Notes under the pieces: model-generated
What the model saw: the letters and a program-made list of their open reading frames with translations, nothing else
Told to the model about the DNA's origin: nothing
The model's database searches: none
NCBI RefSeq assembly: GCF_024235695.1
Contig: NZ_JACKLX010000012.1
DNA: 64,000 bases
Reading direction: 5' to 3' (one strand)
Origin: Accumulibacter sp.
Lineage (GTDB): Bacteria > Pseudomonadota > Gammaproteobacteria > Burkholderiales > Rhodocyclaceae
In this document: piece by piece, positions 19,894-32,191 of the stretch
Layout of the letters: every line of letters begins with the position of its first letter
Numbering within the stretch: position 1 is the first letter of the stretch
Position numbers and translations under genes: made by a program

Positions 19894-20241
19894 CGCGTTT
19901 CCTTTCGCTTGCGTGAGGGGCGGGCGGCTGCCACAACCGACCGGCAGCCGTAGTGCAGAAAAACGTTCTTCCGGTTGACGTTTGCCGGCGGCCGCTCTCG
20001 CCGCATCCGGTGCTGTCCGGCGCCACGTCCTGGCGGGCGCCGCCGCTGGCCGCGCGTCACCGTGGCCTTGATTCTAGTCGATAGTTCCTGCGGTCATGAA
20101 AGTTTGCCAGCCAGGCGATCGAGGCGAGGCCGCTGGTCGGTTTCAGCGCGACGGGGAGCGCTCGCCGGGCGCTGGCTCGGACCTCCCGTCGATTTCGGAG
20201 TCGCTTGACGCCGAGGGTTTTCCGCCCCGATCGCCTGCTCG

Positions 20242-20605
20242 TTAGCGAAACGGGTTGCTGATGACGAGCCGCTGGTCGATGACCAGTTCGTGCTGCATGT
20301 CTTCGGACCAGAGGATCGCGGTATCCGCGAGCAAGGCCGAACCAACGATCATCGCATCGAAGACCGCCAGCCGATACCGCTCGGCAATCTCCAGACCCAA
20401 ATGCATGCGACTCTTCAGTCAGCGGGTAGACACGCAGGACCTCCCGGATGGTCTGCAGTACCTCGCCAGGCGACATCGCGAGCTTTCGCCAGGCAAGCGA
20501 TGCCAATTCGTTGACTACCTGGACGCTGATTGAGCCTCCGGAGCGAATGATCTCCTCGGCTCGCTGTGCCTTCTCCTGGGCGGCTGAAAGCAAGTACAAC
20601 AAACG
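20242..20605 (-). pseudogene. vapC: PIN-domain (VapC-like) toxin, 3' part, frameshifted
   Basis: LLYLLS...KA..A...ISVQVVNE.....RKL then frameshift near 20400 to GLEIAERYRLAVFDAMIVGSAL.....LWSEDMQH..VID.RL.I.NPF*. Confidence 0.8.
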
Positions 20606-20642
20606 GATCAGATCGTGGCTGGGCACGATCTATACTTATTCG

Positions 20643-21269
20643 TTAGAACTTGGCATGGAATACCCGAGACATGAGCTCTGCAACCGCGGCCTCAATTTGG
20701 TTGCTTGATTCACTCAGCTTCTCAACCACGCTCTGTTGGTCTTCAGGTGGGCGGTTTTGGCTTAGTTTGAACTTTGCCTGAATGTCCGTGACTTCGATTT
20801 CAAAGCCCACAATCATGCTGAGAAGCCTTGTGCGCTGTTCACCCGCAAGGTTTGGTTGCCACGGGTTTGGCATGTGAGATTCATGAATATTGGTTAGGCG
20901 TTCAACCAAGGTTTCAAGCTCGGACTTGCTTTCGATTAGCCGCGGTTTTCCGCGCAGGTGAATCACTGCGTAGTTCCATGTTGGAACGCCAGGCGACGAA
21001 TACCAAGAAGGAGAAACATAAGCATGTGGTCCTTGGAATACAGCCAGAACCTCACCGCATGATGAAAAGTGCTGCCATTGAGGATTTGCCCGTGCCATGT
21101 GGCCGAGTAACTTGCCTTTGGAACCTGCGGCGTGGTCAAAGACGAAGGGCAAGTGACTAACGAACGGCACGCCATCAGGAGCTGTGACCAGCACTCCAAA
21201 TGAATTGCTCTCGATGAGCGAGGAGATGCGTTCTGAATTTGTTTCTTTGAAATGCTCGGGAATGTACAT
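20643..21269 (-). CDS. PaiB-like FMN-binding negative transcriptional regulator family protein (gene cassette)
   Basis: MYIPEHF, SHLPF, GHMARANPQW, GPHAYVSPSWY, VPTWNY, KFKLSQNR; lower GC; stop codon lies in TTCTAAC. Confidence 0.9.
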   Translation of the reverse strand: MYIPEHFKETNSERISSLIESNSFGVLVTAPDGVPFVSHLPFVFDHAAGSKGKLLGHMARANPQWQHFSSCGEVLAVFQGPHAYVSPSWYSSPGVPTWNYAVIHLRGKPRLIESKSELETLVERLTNIHESHMPNPWQPNLAGEQRTRLLSMIVGFEIEVTDIQAKFKLSQNRPPEDQQSVVEKLSESSNQIEAAVAELMSRVFHAKF

Positions 21270-21282
21270 GATGGTTCCTGAG

Positions 21283-21341
21283 TTCGAACGTTTGAGCCAA
21301 CAGGCACGCAGTGTAGGGTCCGGTTGAGCGAATGGTTAAGC
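21283..21341 (-). other. Shortened/degenerate integron attC site
   Basis: Minus strand GCTTAAC-CATTC-GCTCAACC...TGTTGGC-TCAAAC-GTTCGAA (R''/L''/L'/R' layout), shortly upstream of the paiB ATG. Confidence 0.7.
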
Positions 21342-21360
21342 CTCCTCCAGCAAGTTTCCG

Positions 21361-21595
21361 CTAGCAGGCTGTCGGACTTTTCGTCATAATACTTCCAATG
21401 CAAAAACAACCGCTTAGCCTAATTGCGCAATCCGAAGGAGCCGCCAAATAATGCGCTGCGCATTTTTTTAGGCGATTTCCGCCAAAAACCTCGGCTCACA
21501 ACACTTTCAGCAGCTGATATTCTTGGCAATAACATCATTGGATCAATAGGTTGCGTATGGCATATACGAGATTCCTAAGTCCGACAGGCTGCTAG
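21361..21595. mobile_element. 227-bp MITE (21365-21591) with 15-bp terminal inverted repeats and CTAG target duplication
   Basis: CTAG|CAGGCTGTCGGACTT ... AAGTCCGACAGGCTG|CTAG (one mismatch); AT-rich interior with no transposase. Confidence 0.85.
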
Positions 21596-21996
21596 GGTCG
21601 AATTAGCTTGACGGCTTGACGGTGCTCTGCTTCTCGATCGGCGTCCCAGTCACCGGTGCAATATACAGAGAGTTCCGATATCGATTGACCCTGGACATCT
21701 GCTCTGAATAGTTCGCGACAATACCAATCCTTCCCGTCTTGAGTCCACCGTTCTTCCACCTCCAGAACGAAGCCGGTTGGTGTCGGATCACAACGCCAAC
21801 GTGGAACCGTGCCCGTTGTCGGATGGCCCGCCAACCGTGCACCGATCAACTGTGCAGGCCCTTGGGCCTGCATCCGCCACCTGGGAAGAGTGAAATCCAG
21901 GAAGGCATCTTCGGTGAACAGGGTTGGATCTGCTTTCCCGGTTTCGAGGAATTCGATGAAGCGAACTGCAACGGCATTTGCATCTTCAGCATTCAT
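21592..21996 (-). CDS. Hypothetical protein, probable NTF2/SnoaL-like fold (gene cassette)
   Basis: 134-aa ORF with AAGGA RBS; LFTEDAFLD...ISELSVYCTGDWD pattern; lies between two attC sites. Confidence 0.7.
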   Translation of the reverse strand: MNAEDANAVAVRFIEFLETGKADPTLFTEDAFLDFTLPRWRMQAQGPAQLIGARLAGHPTTGTVPRWRCDPTPTGFVLEVEERWTQDGKDWYCRELFRADVQGQSISELSVYCTGDWDADREAEHRQAVKLIRP

Positions 21997-22217
21997 TTGC
22001 GTTATTTCCTTGCCTATACGTGTAGAGAATGGCTTGGGTGATCGTCAAATGGGGCTGGCCAATCTTGACCACACCTCATTCACATGGCTCATAAATTGCC
22101 CCAAGCCAAATAATCAGAAGGCAGACACAAATTGACAAACTTGTTACCCTGAATTCCCACCCGACTCGGATCCTCCTCGCGTTGGACAAGTGAATCCGCG
22201 CGGACCGTTCACGTGCG

Positions 22218-22304
22218 GCCTAACGTGTAGCTGACCAGCGCTGCGCGGCTTTATGGCCCAGCGTCCAGAGAGCGAAGGGAACGGGGTCGAGCGGAGGGTT
22301 GGAC
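22218..22304 (-). other. Integron attC site (87 bp)
   Basis: Minus strand GTCCAAC-CCTCC-GCTCGACC...GGTCAGC-TACAC-GTTAGGC; L'' has the unpaired extra base; imperfect central palindrome. Confidence 0.85.
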
Positions 22305-22412
22305 GAAGCCGCTACGCCGAGGAAACCCCGGTGCCGTAATCGTGTTGAAGGCACGATGTGATCTCACCCCTCATCCGATGGATGTTCATGACGACGGCGA
22401 GGTTACCGCAAG

Positions 22413-22671
22413 ATGGAAGAGATGTCCGGTGTCGCAGCCATCAATCTTGACAAGAACTACGAACTGGACCAGACGCACCTGCAGCTCAAAGGCTTGCAGC
22501 CGAAGACGATCGACGCGTATTCGCGCGCCATCCGGCGGGTGGGAGGGTACTCCGCTGATCAGATCGACGACCTGAGCGAGGCCGCCCTGCGCGAGACGCA
22601 CGCCTGGAGTTCGCTCAAGCTCGATCTCTACGGGCTCAAGTTCTACTACCAGTACGTGCTCAAGAAACCCT
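22413..22671 (+). pseudogene. N-terminal fragment of a tyrosine recombinase (SAM-like domain), of the type usually paired with IS91-family transposases
   Basis: HLQLKGLQPKTIDAYSRAIRR...DLSE...HAWSSLKLDLYGLKFYYQYVLKKP, then breaks off; no catalytic domain. Confidence 0.75.
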
Positions 22672-22673
22672 CG

Positions 22674-22880
22674 GGTGTCGATGAAGTGTTCAGTTTGGCT
22701 TCGAGACGGTCGAACTTGAAGTCGGCTGGCAAGCGGCCACGAAATTCCCGAAGTCGGGTGATCCGTTCGGCGCGCTCCGGTTTCCCGACGATCGCGAAAG
22801 TCTGCGGACCGGCCACCGGTATCTCGATCTCGTCGCCCGCTTTCAAACGCAGGGTCTCGACAACGGCGGATGATCGGCAG
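22674..22880 (-). pseudogene. vapB: AbrB/MazE-type (VapB) antitoxin remnant plus first codons of vapC
   Basis: AVVETLRLKAGDEIEI...RLREFRGRLPADFKFDRLEA; overlapping frame reads EHFIDT (PIN N-terminus); no intact start. Confidence 0.75.
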
Positions 22881-22943
22881 ACTCGCGCCGGGCTTCGGGC
22901 GTGCACCGGTGAGCGCTGGAGCGGTCATCGCGGCGGCTGCGGA

Positions 22944-25235
22944 TCAGCGGGTCAGCGCCATGAACAGCTCCGGCAGGCGTTCGGGCAAACGCTCGACCCT
23001 GTCGATCACAGAATAGCGTCGACCGAAGATGTCGCTGACGTACTCGTCGGCCTTGCGGTCGAGGCTGATGCAATAGCTGAAGATGCCTTGCTGGTCGAGT
23101 TCCTCGACCGACTTGCGGGCGTCTTCGATCAACAGCCGGTCGTCATGGACGTCGACGTCGGCGGGCTGGCCGTCGGTGAGCACCAGCAGCAGTTTCTTCT
23201 CCGCTTTCTGCGCCGCCAGGTAGTGCGCGGCGTGCCGCATGGCGGCACCCATGCGCGTCGAGTAGCCGGCCTGCATCGCCGCCAGGCGTCCCTTGACGAG
23301 GTCGCCCCAACGCTCGCTGTAGCCCTTGAGGTGCAGGTAGCGGACGTCGTGGCGGGTGTCCGAGTGGAAGCCGGCGATGGCGAAGGGGTCGCCGAGCTGC
23401 TCGATCGACCACGCCAGCAGCGATACCGCTTCCTGGCTCAATTCGAGAATGCTCTGTTCGCCGCCGCTGGCCAGCTTGACCTTGTCGGCCAGCGATTGCG
23501 AGAGATCGAGCAGCAGAAATACCGCCAGGTTGCGGCCGCTGCTGCGGTGGCTCATGTTGATCCGGGGATCGGCGGTGGCGCCGCCCTTGAAATCGATCAG
23601 CGAGCGGATGGCGACGTCGAGGTCGAGTTCGCTGCCGTCCTCCTGGTAGCGGATGCGCTGTTTTTCCTGTGGCTTGAGCAGGTCGAGCAGGCGCTTCAGG
23701 CGGCGGGCCAGGGCCGCGTGTTTTTCCAGCAGACGGTCGATGTCGGCGGCGTTGCCGGCGGGGTGCAGCGATTCGTAGAGGCTCACCCAGTCGGGTCGAT
23801 AGCTCTCGCTCTGGTAGTCCCATTCCGGATAATGGCGCGGCGGCAGGCGGTCGGGCTCGGCGACCTCCGCCGTCGGACGATGCTCGTCGAACATCTCTTC
23901 GTCGTCGCTGCGCTCGTGGAATCGCCAGAGGTGGCGATTGTCGTCGCGATAGGCAATCTCGGTATCGGCGAAATGAACCTTCGCCAGCTGGTCGCTCTGG
24001 CAACGGGTCCGGGCGATGTAGGCCAGCGCCAGGGTGGCGATTTCTTCGCTGCTCGAGTCGCCGGCGGCCATCGTTTCGTGGAAATGGCCAACGAACTTGC
24101 GCAGCTCGGCGTCGTGGTAGCCGTGCGCCGCGTCGAGCAGGGCACGCGACAGCATCGCCAGACGATGGCGCAGGCAGGAGGTGTTTTGCGGGTCGCAGTC
24201 GCCTTCGACGGGCGCCGGGTGAAGGGCGAGGAAGGTGCGACGCAGGCCCGGGTAGCGGCGCAGGACGAGTGCTTCGATGCGACTGTCTTCGAAGACCTCG
24301 ACCGCCAGCCGCTGCATCGGGCTGATGTTGTCGGCGAACATCGGCTGGCTCCAGCGCCGGTGGCCGGCGATATGGGCCAGCATCGCGCGGTAGCAGTCGA
24401 TCGCGGAGACGCCGTGCTGCTCGTCGAGGACGTCGGGCAGGCGAATTCCGCCGGCATCGTAATAGGGCGTCGCGGGCGGTGACTGCTCGCCGTCGGTCGG
24501 GTAGGGCACCAGCTGCGCGCTGTCGTGCCACAGGGCACGCAGGTAGAGGTCGAGCAGGCGCTCGTGGTCGACCAGCAGGGTGCCGTGACGCTCGCGCTGC
24601 AGAACGGCGCGGCTGTCGGCCGAGCGCAGGCTGAAGTAGTCGCGCTGTCGTTCGGGATGCTGGTGGTAGTTGCGGATGCCGTAGTCGACCCAGGTGCGCA
24701 GCCCGGCGATCGCCAGATTGTCGAGCAGTGTCGGCGCCTGCGCGAAAAACTCGGGCAGGCCGGGGCTGGCAAAGGTCTGGTGGATGCCATGGATCGAACC
24801 CGTGGTGCGCGCGGCGAATTCGAGCGTCAGGTCCAGGTAGCGCTGGATCTGCGGGCGCGAAGGAAGTCGCCGAGCAACCGCCGCCAGGGTCTGCAGGAAG
24901 GGCGTGATGGCCTTGGCATTCGGCGATTTCGACAGTTCCCGAATGGTCGCGGCAATTGCCGGCAGCGCTTCTTCGCCGAGCGTTCGGGCGATCGGCGGCC
25001 ACTCTTCGAGAAAGGTCAGGACCGGTTCAACGCCGCGTCCCATGCCGCCAAGGAAGCGTCCGGTGTCGAGATAGGCGCTGACACCCGCTGGCGAGAGCAC
25101 CGTCAGGGCGTCGTGCATGCAGTCGTCGAAGACCTCGCCGACCTGCGGGAAGCCGCAGGCCAGTGCCGCGCGGTAGGCGTCCAGGCTTTGGCGCCAGGCG
25201 GCGCTGTCGTTGTCCTTGCGGTCGGAGTCGGGCAT
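22944..25235 (-). CDS. cbbO: CbbO RuBisCO-activase adaptor (VWA domain)
   Basis: YRDDNRHLW, YPEWDY....RPDW, LLLDLSQS MIDAS, STRMGAAMRHA, LTDGQPADVD; directly after cbbQ; the ORF-track 1176-aa frame is over-extended. Confidence 0.92.
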   Translation of the reverse strand: MPDSDRKDNDSAAWRQSLDAYRAALACGFPQVGEVFDDCMHDALTVLSPAGVSAYLDTGRFLGGMGRGVEPVLTFLEEWPPIARTLGEEALPAIAATIRELSKSPNAKAITPFLQTLAAVARRLPSRPQIQRYLDLTLEFAARTTGSIHGIHQTFASPGLPEFFAQAPTLLDNLAIAGLRTWVDYGIRNYHQHPERQRDYFSLRSADSRAVLQRERHGTLLVDHERLLDLYLRALWHDSAQLVPYPTDGEQSPPATPYYDAGGIRLPDVLDEQHGVSAIDCYRAMLAHIAGHRRWSQPMFADNISPMQRLAVEVFEDSRIEALVLRRYPGLRRTFLALHPAPVEGDCDPQNTSCLRHRLAMLSRALLDAAHGYHDAELRKFVGHFHETMAAGDSSSEEIATLALAYIARTRCQSDQLAKVHFADTEIAYRDDNRHLWRFHERSDDEEMFDEHRPTAEVAEPDRLPPRHYPEWDYQSESYRPDWVSLYESLHPAGNAADIDRLLEKHAALARRLKRLLDLLKPQEKQRIRYQEDGSELDLDVAIRSLIDFKGGATADPRINMSHRSSGRNLAVFLLLDLSQSLADKVKLASGGEQSILELSQEAVSLLAWSIEQLGDPFAIAGFHSDTRHDVRYLHLKGYSERWGDLVKGRLAAMQAGYSTRMGAAMRHAAHYLAAQKAEKKLLLVLTDGQPADVDVHDDRLLIEDARKSVEELDQQGIFSYCISLDRKADEYVSDIFGRRYSVIDRVERLPERLPELFMALTR

Positions 25236-25255
25236 GGCCGGGCCGGGGAGCGTCG

Positions 25256-26068
25256 TCAGGACGCCTGGGCGAAGGTCGCCTCGATGGCGTGATCGAGGGT
25301 GTCGCGAATGTCGCGGTCGTCGGTGATCGGCCGCACCAGCGCCATGCGGCAGGCATCCCGGGCGTCGACGCCGCCCTTGATCAAGGTTGCGGCATAGACC
25401 AGCAGGCGCGTCGAGATGCCCTCGTCGAGGCCGTGGCCCTTGAGCCGCCGCGCGGCGGCGCCGATGCTTATCAGTTGCGCCGCGGTGGCCTGATCGATGC
25501 CGCTTTCGCTGACCACGATGGCGGTTTCGAGTGCTGCCTCGGGATAGTCGAAGTCGAAGGCGGTGAAACGCTGCTTGGTCGACTGCTTGAGGTCCTTCAT
25601 CAGGCTCTGGTAGCCGGGGTTGTACGAAATCACCAGCTGGAAATCGGCGTGCGCGCGGATCAGTTCGCCCTTCTTGTCGAGTGGCAGGGTCCGCCGGTGG
25701 TCGGTCAGCGGGTGGATCACCACCGTCGTGTCCTGCCGCGCCTCGACGACTTCGTCGAGGTAGCAGATTGCACCGATCCGTGCGGCGGTGGTCAGCGGCC
25801 CGTCCAGCCAGCGCGTGCCGTCGGCTTCGAGCAGGTAGCGGCCGACCAGGTCGGAAGCGGTCATGTCCTCGTTGCAGGCGACGGTGATCAGCGGCCTGCC
25901 GAGCTTCCAGGCCATGTATTCGATGAAGCGCGACTTGCCGCAGCCGGTCGGTCCCTTGACCATCACCGGCAGGCGCGCCGCGTAAGCGGCCTCGTAGAGC
26001 GCCACCTCGTTGCCCTGCTGCTGGTAGAAGGGTTCGTCGACAACCATGAACTGCGTCTTGTCGGTCAT
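25256..26068 (-). CDS. cbbQ: CbbQ AAA+ RuBisCO activase
   Basis: [53 protein letters not shown]. Confidence 0.95.
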   Translation of the reverse strand: MTDKTQFMVVDEPFYQQQGNEVALYEAAYAARLPVMVKGPTGCGKSRFIEYMAWKLGRPLITVACNEDMTASDLVGRYLLEADGTRWLDGPLTTAARIGAICYLDEVVEARQDTTVVIHPLTDHRRTLPLDKKGELIRAHADFQLVISYNPGYQSLMKDLKQSTKQRFTAFDFDYPEAALETAIVVSESGIDQATAAQLISIGAAARRLKGHGLDEGISTRLLVYAATLIKGGVDARDACRMALVRPITDDRDIRDTLDHAIEATFAQAS

Positions 26069-26161
26069 TGCCTGTTCCTGTCTCGTGTTTCGTGTTGCGC
26101 GGTAAGCCAATCGGCGACCGGGGCGAGGGCCGCTGGCGCTCGCCCCGGTCGCTCGTGATGG

Positions 26162-27541
26162 TCAGCGATGCACGCCGAGCTTCTCCCGCCAGCCGGGATA
26201 GAGCATGTCGGCGTCGCCGGGGAAGGACTCGAAGGCGCGCGCGAACTCCTGGTGTTCCTTCGCCCATTCGATCGGGTCGGCACCGGCTTTCCAGCACTCG
26301 TAGGCCTGACGCAGCGAAATGGCGCCGGCGGCCGGGCTGTCGACGTGGCCGTAGGAGCCGCCTCCCGAGGTGTTGATGACGTTGCCGTGTCCGAGGTTGG
26401 CGAAGAAGCCGGGCAGCCGCAAGGCGTTCATGCCACCCGAGATGATCGGCGTCGTCGGCTTCATGCCGTACCACTTCTGGAAGTAGGCCGGGCCCTGGTA
26501 CTCGTCGCGTTCGATGACGTAGGCGATTGCCCGGTCGTCGGCGGTGCCTTCCATCTTGCCGTAGCCCATGGTGCCGACGTGAATTCCCGAAGCGCCCTGC
26601 AGCCGTGACATCTTGGCCAGCACGTAGGCGTCATAGCCACGCTTCGAACTCGGCGAGGTGACTGCGCCGTGACCGGCGCGGTGGTAGTGCAGGTACTGGT
26701 TGGGGTACTGCCGACGGGCGGTGGTGACCATTCCCGGGCCGCCGACGTAGCCATCGACCAGGAAAGCGACCTTGTCGGCGTCGGGCCCGAAGGTCTCCAG
26801 GATGTAATCGGCGCGGGCGCACATCTCGTAGTGATCGTCGGCGGTGATGTTGGCCGAGAACAGCTTGGCCTGGCCGGTTTCGTCCTGCGCACGCTTCATC
26901 GCGTCGACCACCAGCGGCATCACCTTCTTCATCGGTGCGAACACCTGGTTGCCCTGCGGCTCGTCGTTCTTGATGAAGTCGCCGCCGAGCCAGAACTGGT
27001 ACGCCGCCTTGGCAAACGGCTCGGGACGCAGGCCGAGCTTAGGCTTGATGATGGTGCCCGCGATGTAGCCGCCGTCCTTGATCGGCCGGCCGAGCAGCCG
27101 CCACATGTCGGAGATGTCCTTGGCCGGGCCGTCGAACAGCTGCAGCGCGCGTTCAGGCATGTAGAAGTCATAGATCTTGGCATGCTCGATGTCGCCCATG
27201 CCCTGGTTGTTGCCGATCACCAGGGTCAGGAAGGAGACGATCATCATCCGCCCGTCGGTGATGTTGCGGTCGAAGAGATCGAGCGGATAGGCGATGCGCA
27301 TCTCTTCGCTGGCCTCGTCGATCAGATACACCAGGGCGTCGACGCCGCGCGTGAAATCGTCGGTGGTGCATACCTCGACGTTGGTGCCGGTCGACGACTC
27401 GGCAGCGAAGTGTGCGGCTGCCTGCAGATAGTCGTAGCCGGCCTTGGGCTTCATCTTGTAGGCCACCAAGATGTGCTTGCCAGCGCTGATCAGTTCCTCT
27501 TCCTTGAGGCTGAGGTCGGCGTAACGATTCGATTGGTCCAT
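26162..27541 (-). CDS. cbbM: RuBisCO form II
   Basis: [63 protein letters not shown]. Confidence 0.98.
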   Translation of the reverse strand: MDQSNRYADLSLKEEELISAGKHILVAYKMKPKAGYDYLQAAAHFAAESSTGTNVEVCTTDDFTRGVDALVYLIDEASEEMRIAYPLDLFDRNITDGRMMIVSFLTLVIGNNQGMGDIEHAKIYDFYMPERALQLFDGPAKDISDMWRLLGRPIKDGGYIAGTIIKPKLGLRPEPFAKAAYQFWLGGDFIKNDEPQGNQVFAPMKKVMPLVVDAMKRAQDETGQAKLFSANITADDHYEMCARADYILETFGPDADKVAFLVDGYVGGPGMVTTARRQYPNQYLHYHRAGHGAVTSPSSKRGYDAYVLAKMSRLQGASGIHVGTMGYGKMEGTADDRAIAYVIERDEYQGPAYFQKWYGMKPTTPIISGGMNALRLPGFFANLGHGNVINTSGGGSYGHVDSPAAGAISLRQAYECWKAGADPIEWAKEHQEFARAFESFPGDADMLYPGWREKLGVHR

Positions 27542-27577
27542 GCTTGTCTCCGTGTCGATGATGGTGAGAGTGTCGGC

Positions 27578-28438
27578 TCAGCTTGTCGCCAGGCAGGCGG
27601 CCTGCCGGCGGTTGAGGGTGTTGACGGCGGTTTGCTGCCAGCGGCGCAACTGCGCGAGATCGACGCAATCGCCGTCGAGCGCTTGTCCGGCAAGCCTCTT
27701 CGCCGGCTGCCCGGGCTCGCCGAGGTCGGACAGCACGCTCAGCGCGCCGCTGAAGTCGTCGGCCGCGGTGTAGGCGTTGACCGTGATCAGGGTCGGCAGT
27801 CCCGCCGCACTGGCTGCCAGGATTCCCGGCTGCGAATCCTCGACCGCCAGACAGGCTTGCGGCGGCAACTGCAGGCGCTGCAGCACCCAGTGATAGATGT
27901 CGGGTGCCGGCTTCTTGTGCGCCACGACGTCGCCGGCGCCGATCACTTCGAACAGGCTCTGCGCGTCGTCGCCGAGGCTGCTGAGCAGCAGGCTGTCGAG
28001 GCTCGAACGCGTCGTCGTCGTGGCGATCGCCAGGCGCACGCCGGCGCCGCGCAATTCGCCAATCAACCTCGCCACGCCGGGTCGCAGCGCGATCGTGCCG
28101 GCCCGCACCAGCTCGCCGTAGATCTCGCTCTTCAGCTGGTGCAGGCCAGCCAGCCAGGCGCCGCCGTCGGGCCGCTCGAGCCATTGTGGCGCCTGCCTTG
28201 CCGCGAAGTGACGGATCCTTTCCTTGCCGCCGGTAACCGCGAGCAGTTCGCCGTAGGTGGCCACCGACCATTCCCAGGGCAGGCCGAAGCGGGCAAAGGC
28301 ACGGTTGAAGGCGACACGGTGACCATCGCGCTCGGTGTCGGCAAGCGTCCCATCGACGTCGAACACCACCGCCTGCAGATCGGTCGGGGCGGCGCACGCC
28401 GTTGGCATGGTATTTTCAATGTGCTGGCTGGTGGTCAT
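27578..28438 (-). CDS. cbbY: CbbY HAD-family (xylulose-1,5-bisphosphate) phosphatase
   Basis: FDVDGTLADTERDGHRVAFN, VTGGKERI, KKPAPDIY, VEDS; adjacent to cbbM; start may be 28408. Confidence 0.9.
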   Translation of the reverse strand: MTTSQHIENTMPTACAAPTDLQAVVFDVDGTLADTERDGHRVAFNRAFARFGLPWEWSVATYGELLAVTGGKERIRHFAARQAPQWLERPDGGAWLAGLHQLKSEIYGELVRAGTIALRPGVARLIGELRGAGVRLAIATTTTRSSLDSLLLSSLGDDAQSLFEVIGAGDVVAHKKPAPDIYHWVLQRLQLPPQACLAVEDSQPGILAASAAGLPTLITVNAYTAADDFSGALSVLSDLGEPGQPAKRLAGQALDGDCVDLAQLRRWQQTAVNTLNRRQAACLATS

Positions 28439-28477
28439 CCTGTTTGCGTGGCAAGTTCAAGTGAGAGCAGTTTAGGT

Positions 28478-28545
28478 TGGGCTATAGATAATTAAAAGTT
28501 AAACTTTTTTCGTTGTATGTTTAACATTTACTTTCGTATATTAGC
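28478..28545. promoter_or_regulatory. AT-rich divergent cbbY/tkt promoter region resembling a LysR (CbbR) operator
   Basis: TATAGATAATTAAAAGTTAAACTTTTTTCGTTGTATGTTTAACATTTACTTTCGTATA in otherwise GC-rich DNA, just upstream of the cbbY-cbbM operon. Confidence 0.5.
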
Positions 28546-28686
28546 CTCCGTGGCGCGTTCTATGCGTTTGGCAACAGCGCTGCCGGGTCCTTGCGAGCCT
28601 CGACAAGGGGAGGTGGCAATGCCCGCTGTTTTGGCGGATAATTTGCCCATGCGATCAACCCCTCTGCTTCGGAACAACGAATCATC

Positions 28687-31691
<3,005 letters not shown>

Positions 31692-31699
31692 GCGGCTGG

Positions 31700-31729
31700 C
31701 GAGGGGTGCTTCCGGGCACCCCTCGTTTT
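31700..31729 (+). terminator. Intrinsic terminator after gap
   Basis: CGAGGGGTGC-TTCCGG-GCACCCCTCG-TTTT. Confidence 0.75.
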
Positions 31730-32191
31730 CGCCTGACCGACAGTTCGCGCTTGGCGAAATTCCCCTGCCGGGAAGCCACGGCCGGCAATCGGCCGGCAAA
31801 TGGGCGCTGTCCGCTGGCACGCGCCTGGCGCCGGGGCCTTTGCAACAGCCATCATGCCGGTGCCATCGCACGGGCAGAGCGTGCATTCCTTCCTTCCCTT
31901 CTTACTGAAAGAACCCGAACATCGTCGCGCTTCGCTGCGAAGCGTGCGCCGCGGGCTGTGCTGCCGCTGACCGCACGAGCTGTCCATCGGCAGCGCCTGA
32001 CCGGCGTCGGACCAGGGCGCCAGCCGCTGTCGCTTGCGCCGCGGCGAGACCGCGTTGGCGGTTGAACGCCGTGTTCGCGGCGCTGTCCGAGATCACTGCC
32101 GGCGCATCATGCGGGGCCTCCGTTCCTTGCCCGGCGCCGGTCATGCGCACTCCACGCAACAGCAATCAAAGAAAAATCACAGGAACCCCCC

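Noticed and set aside
20180-20247. attC after vapC (stop lies in CGCTAAC), which would make vapBC itself a cassette
   Set aside because: No L boxes or matching R' downstream
22413-24482. 689-aa ORF as a full-length integrase
   Set aside because: Only the first roughly 86 aa are recombinase-like; the rest is antisense to vapB and cbbO
25236-26474. N-terminal extension making CbbO 1176 aa (apparent fusion)
   Set aside because: Open alternative frame overlapping cbbQ and cbbM; CbbO similarity starts near ATG 25235
31815-31830. Sigma-54 promoter TGGCACGCGCCTGGCG upstream of pyk
   Set aside because: GG-N10-GC spacing fits but the -12 box is imperfect and chance matches are likely at this GC content
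31730-32190. pgk remnant between gap and pyk
   Set aside because: No PGK motifs seen in the translated frames
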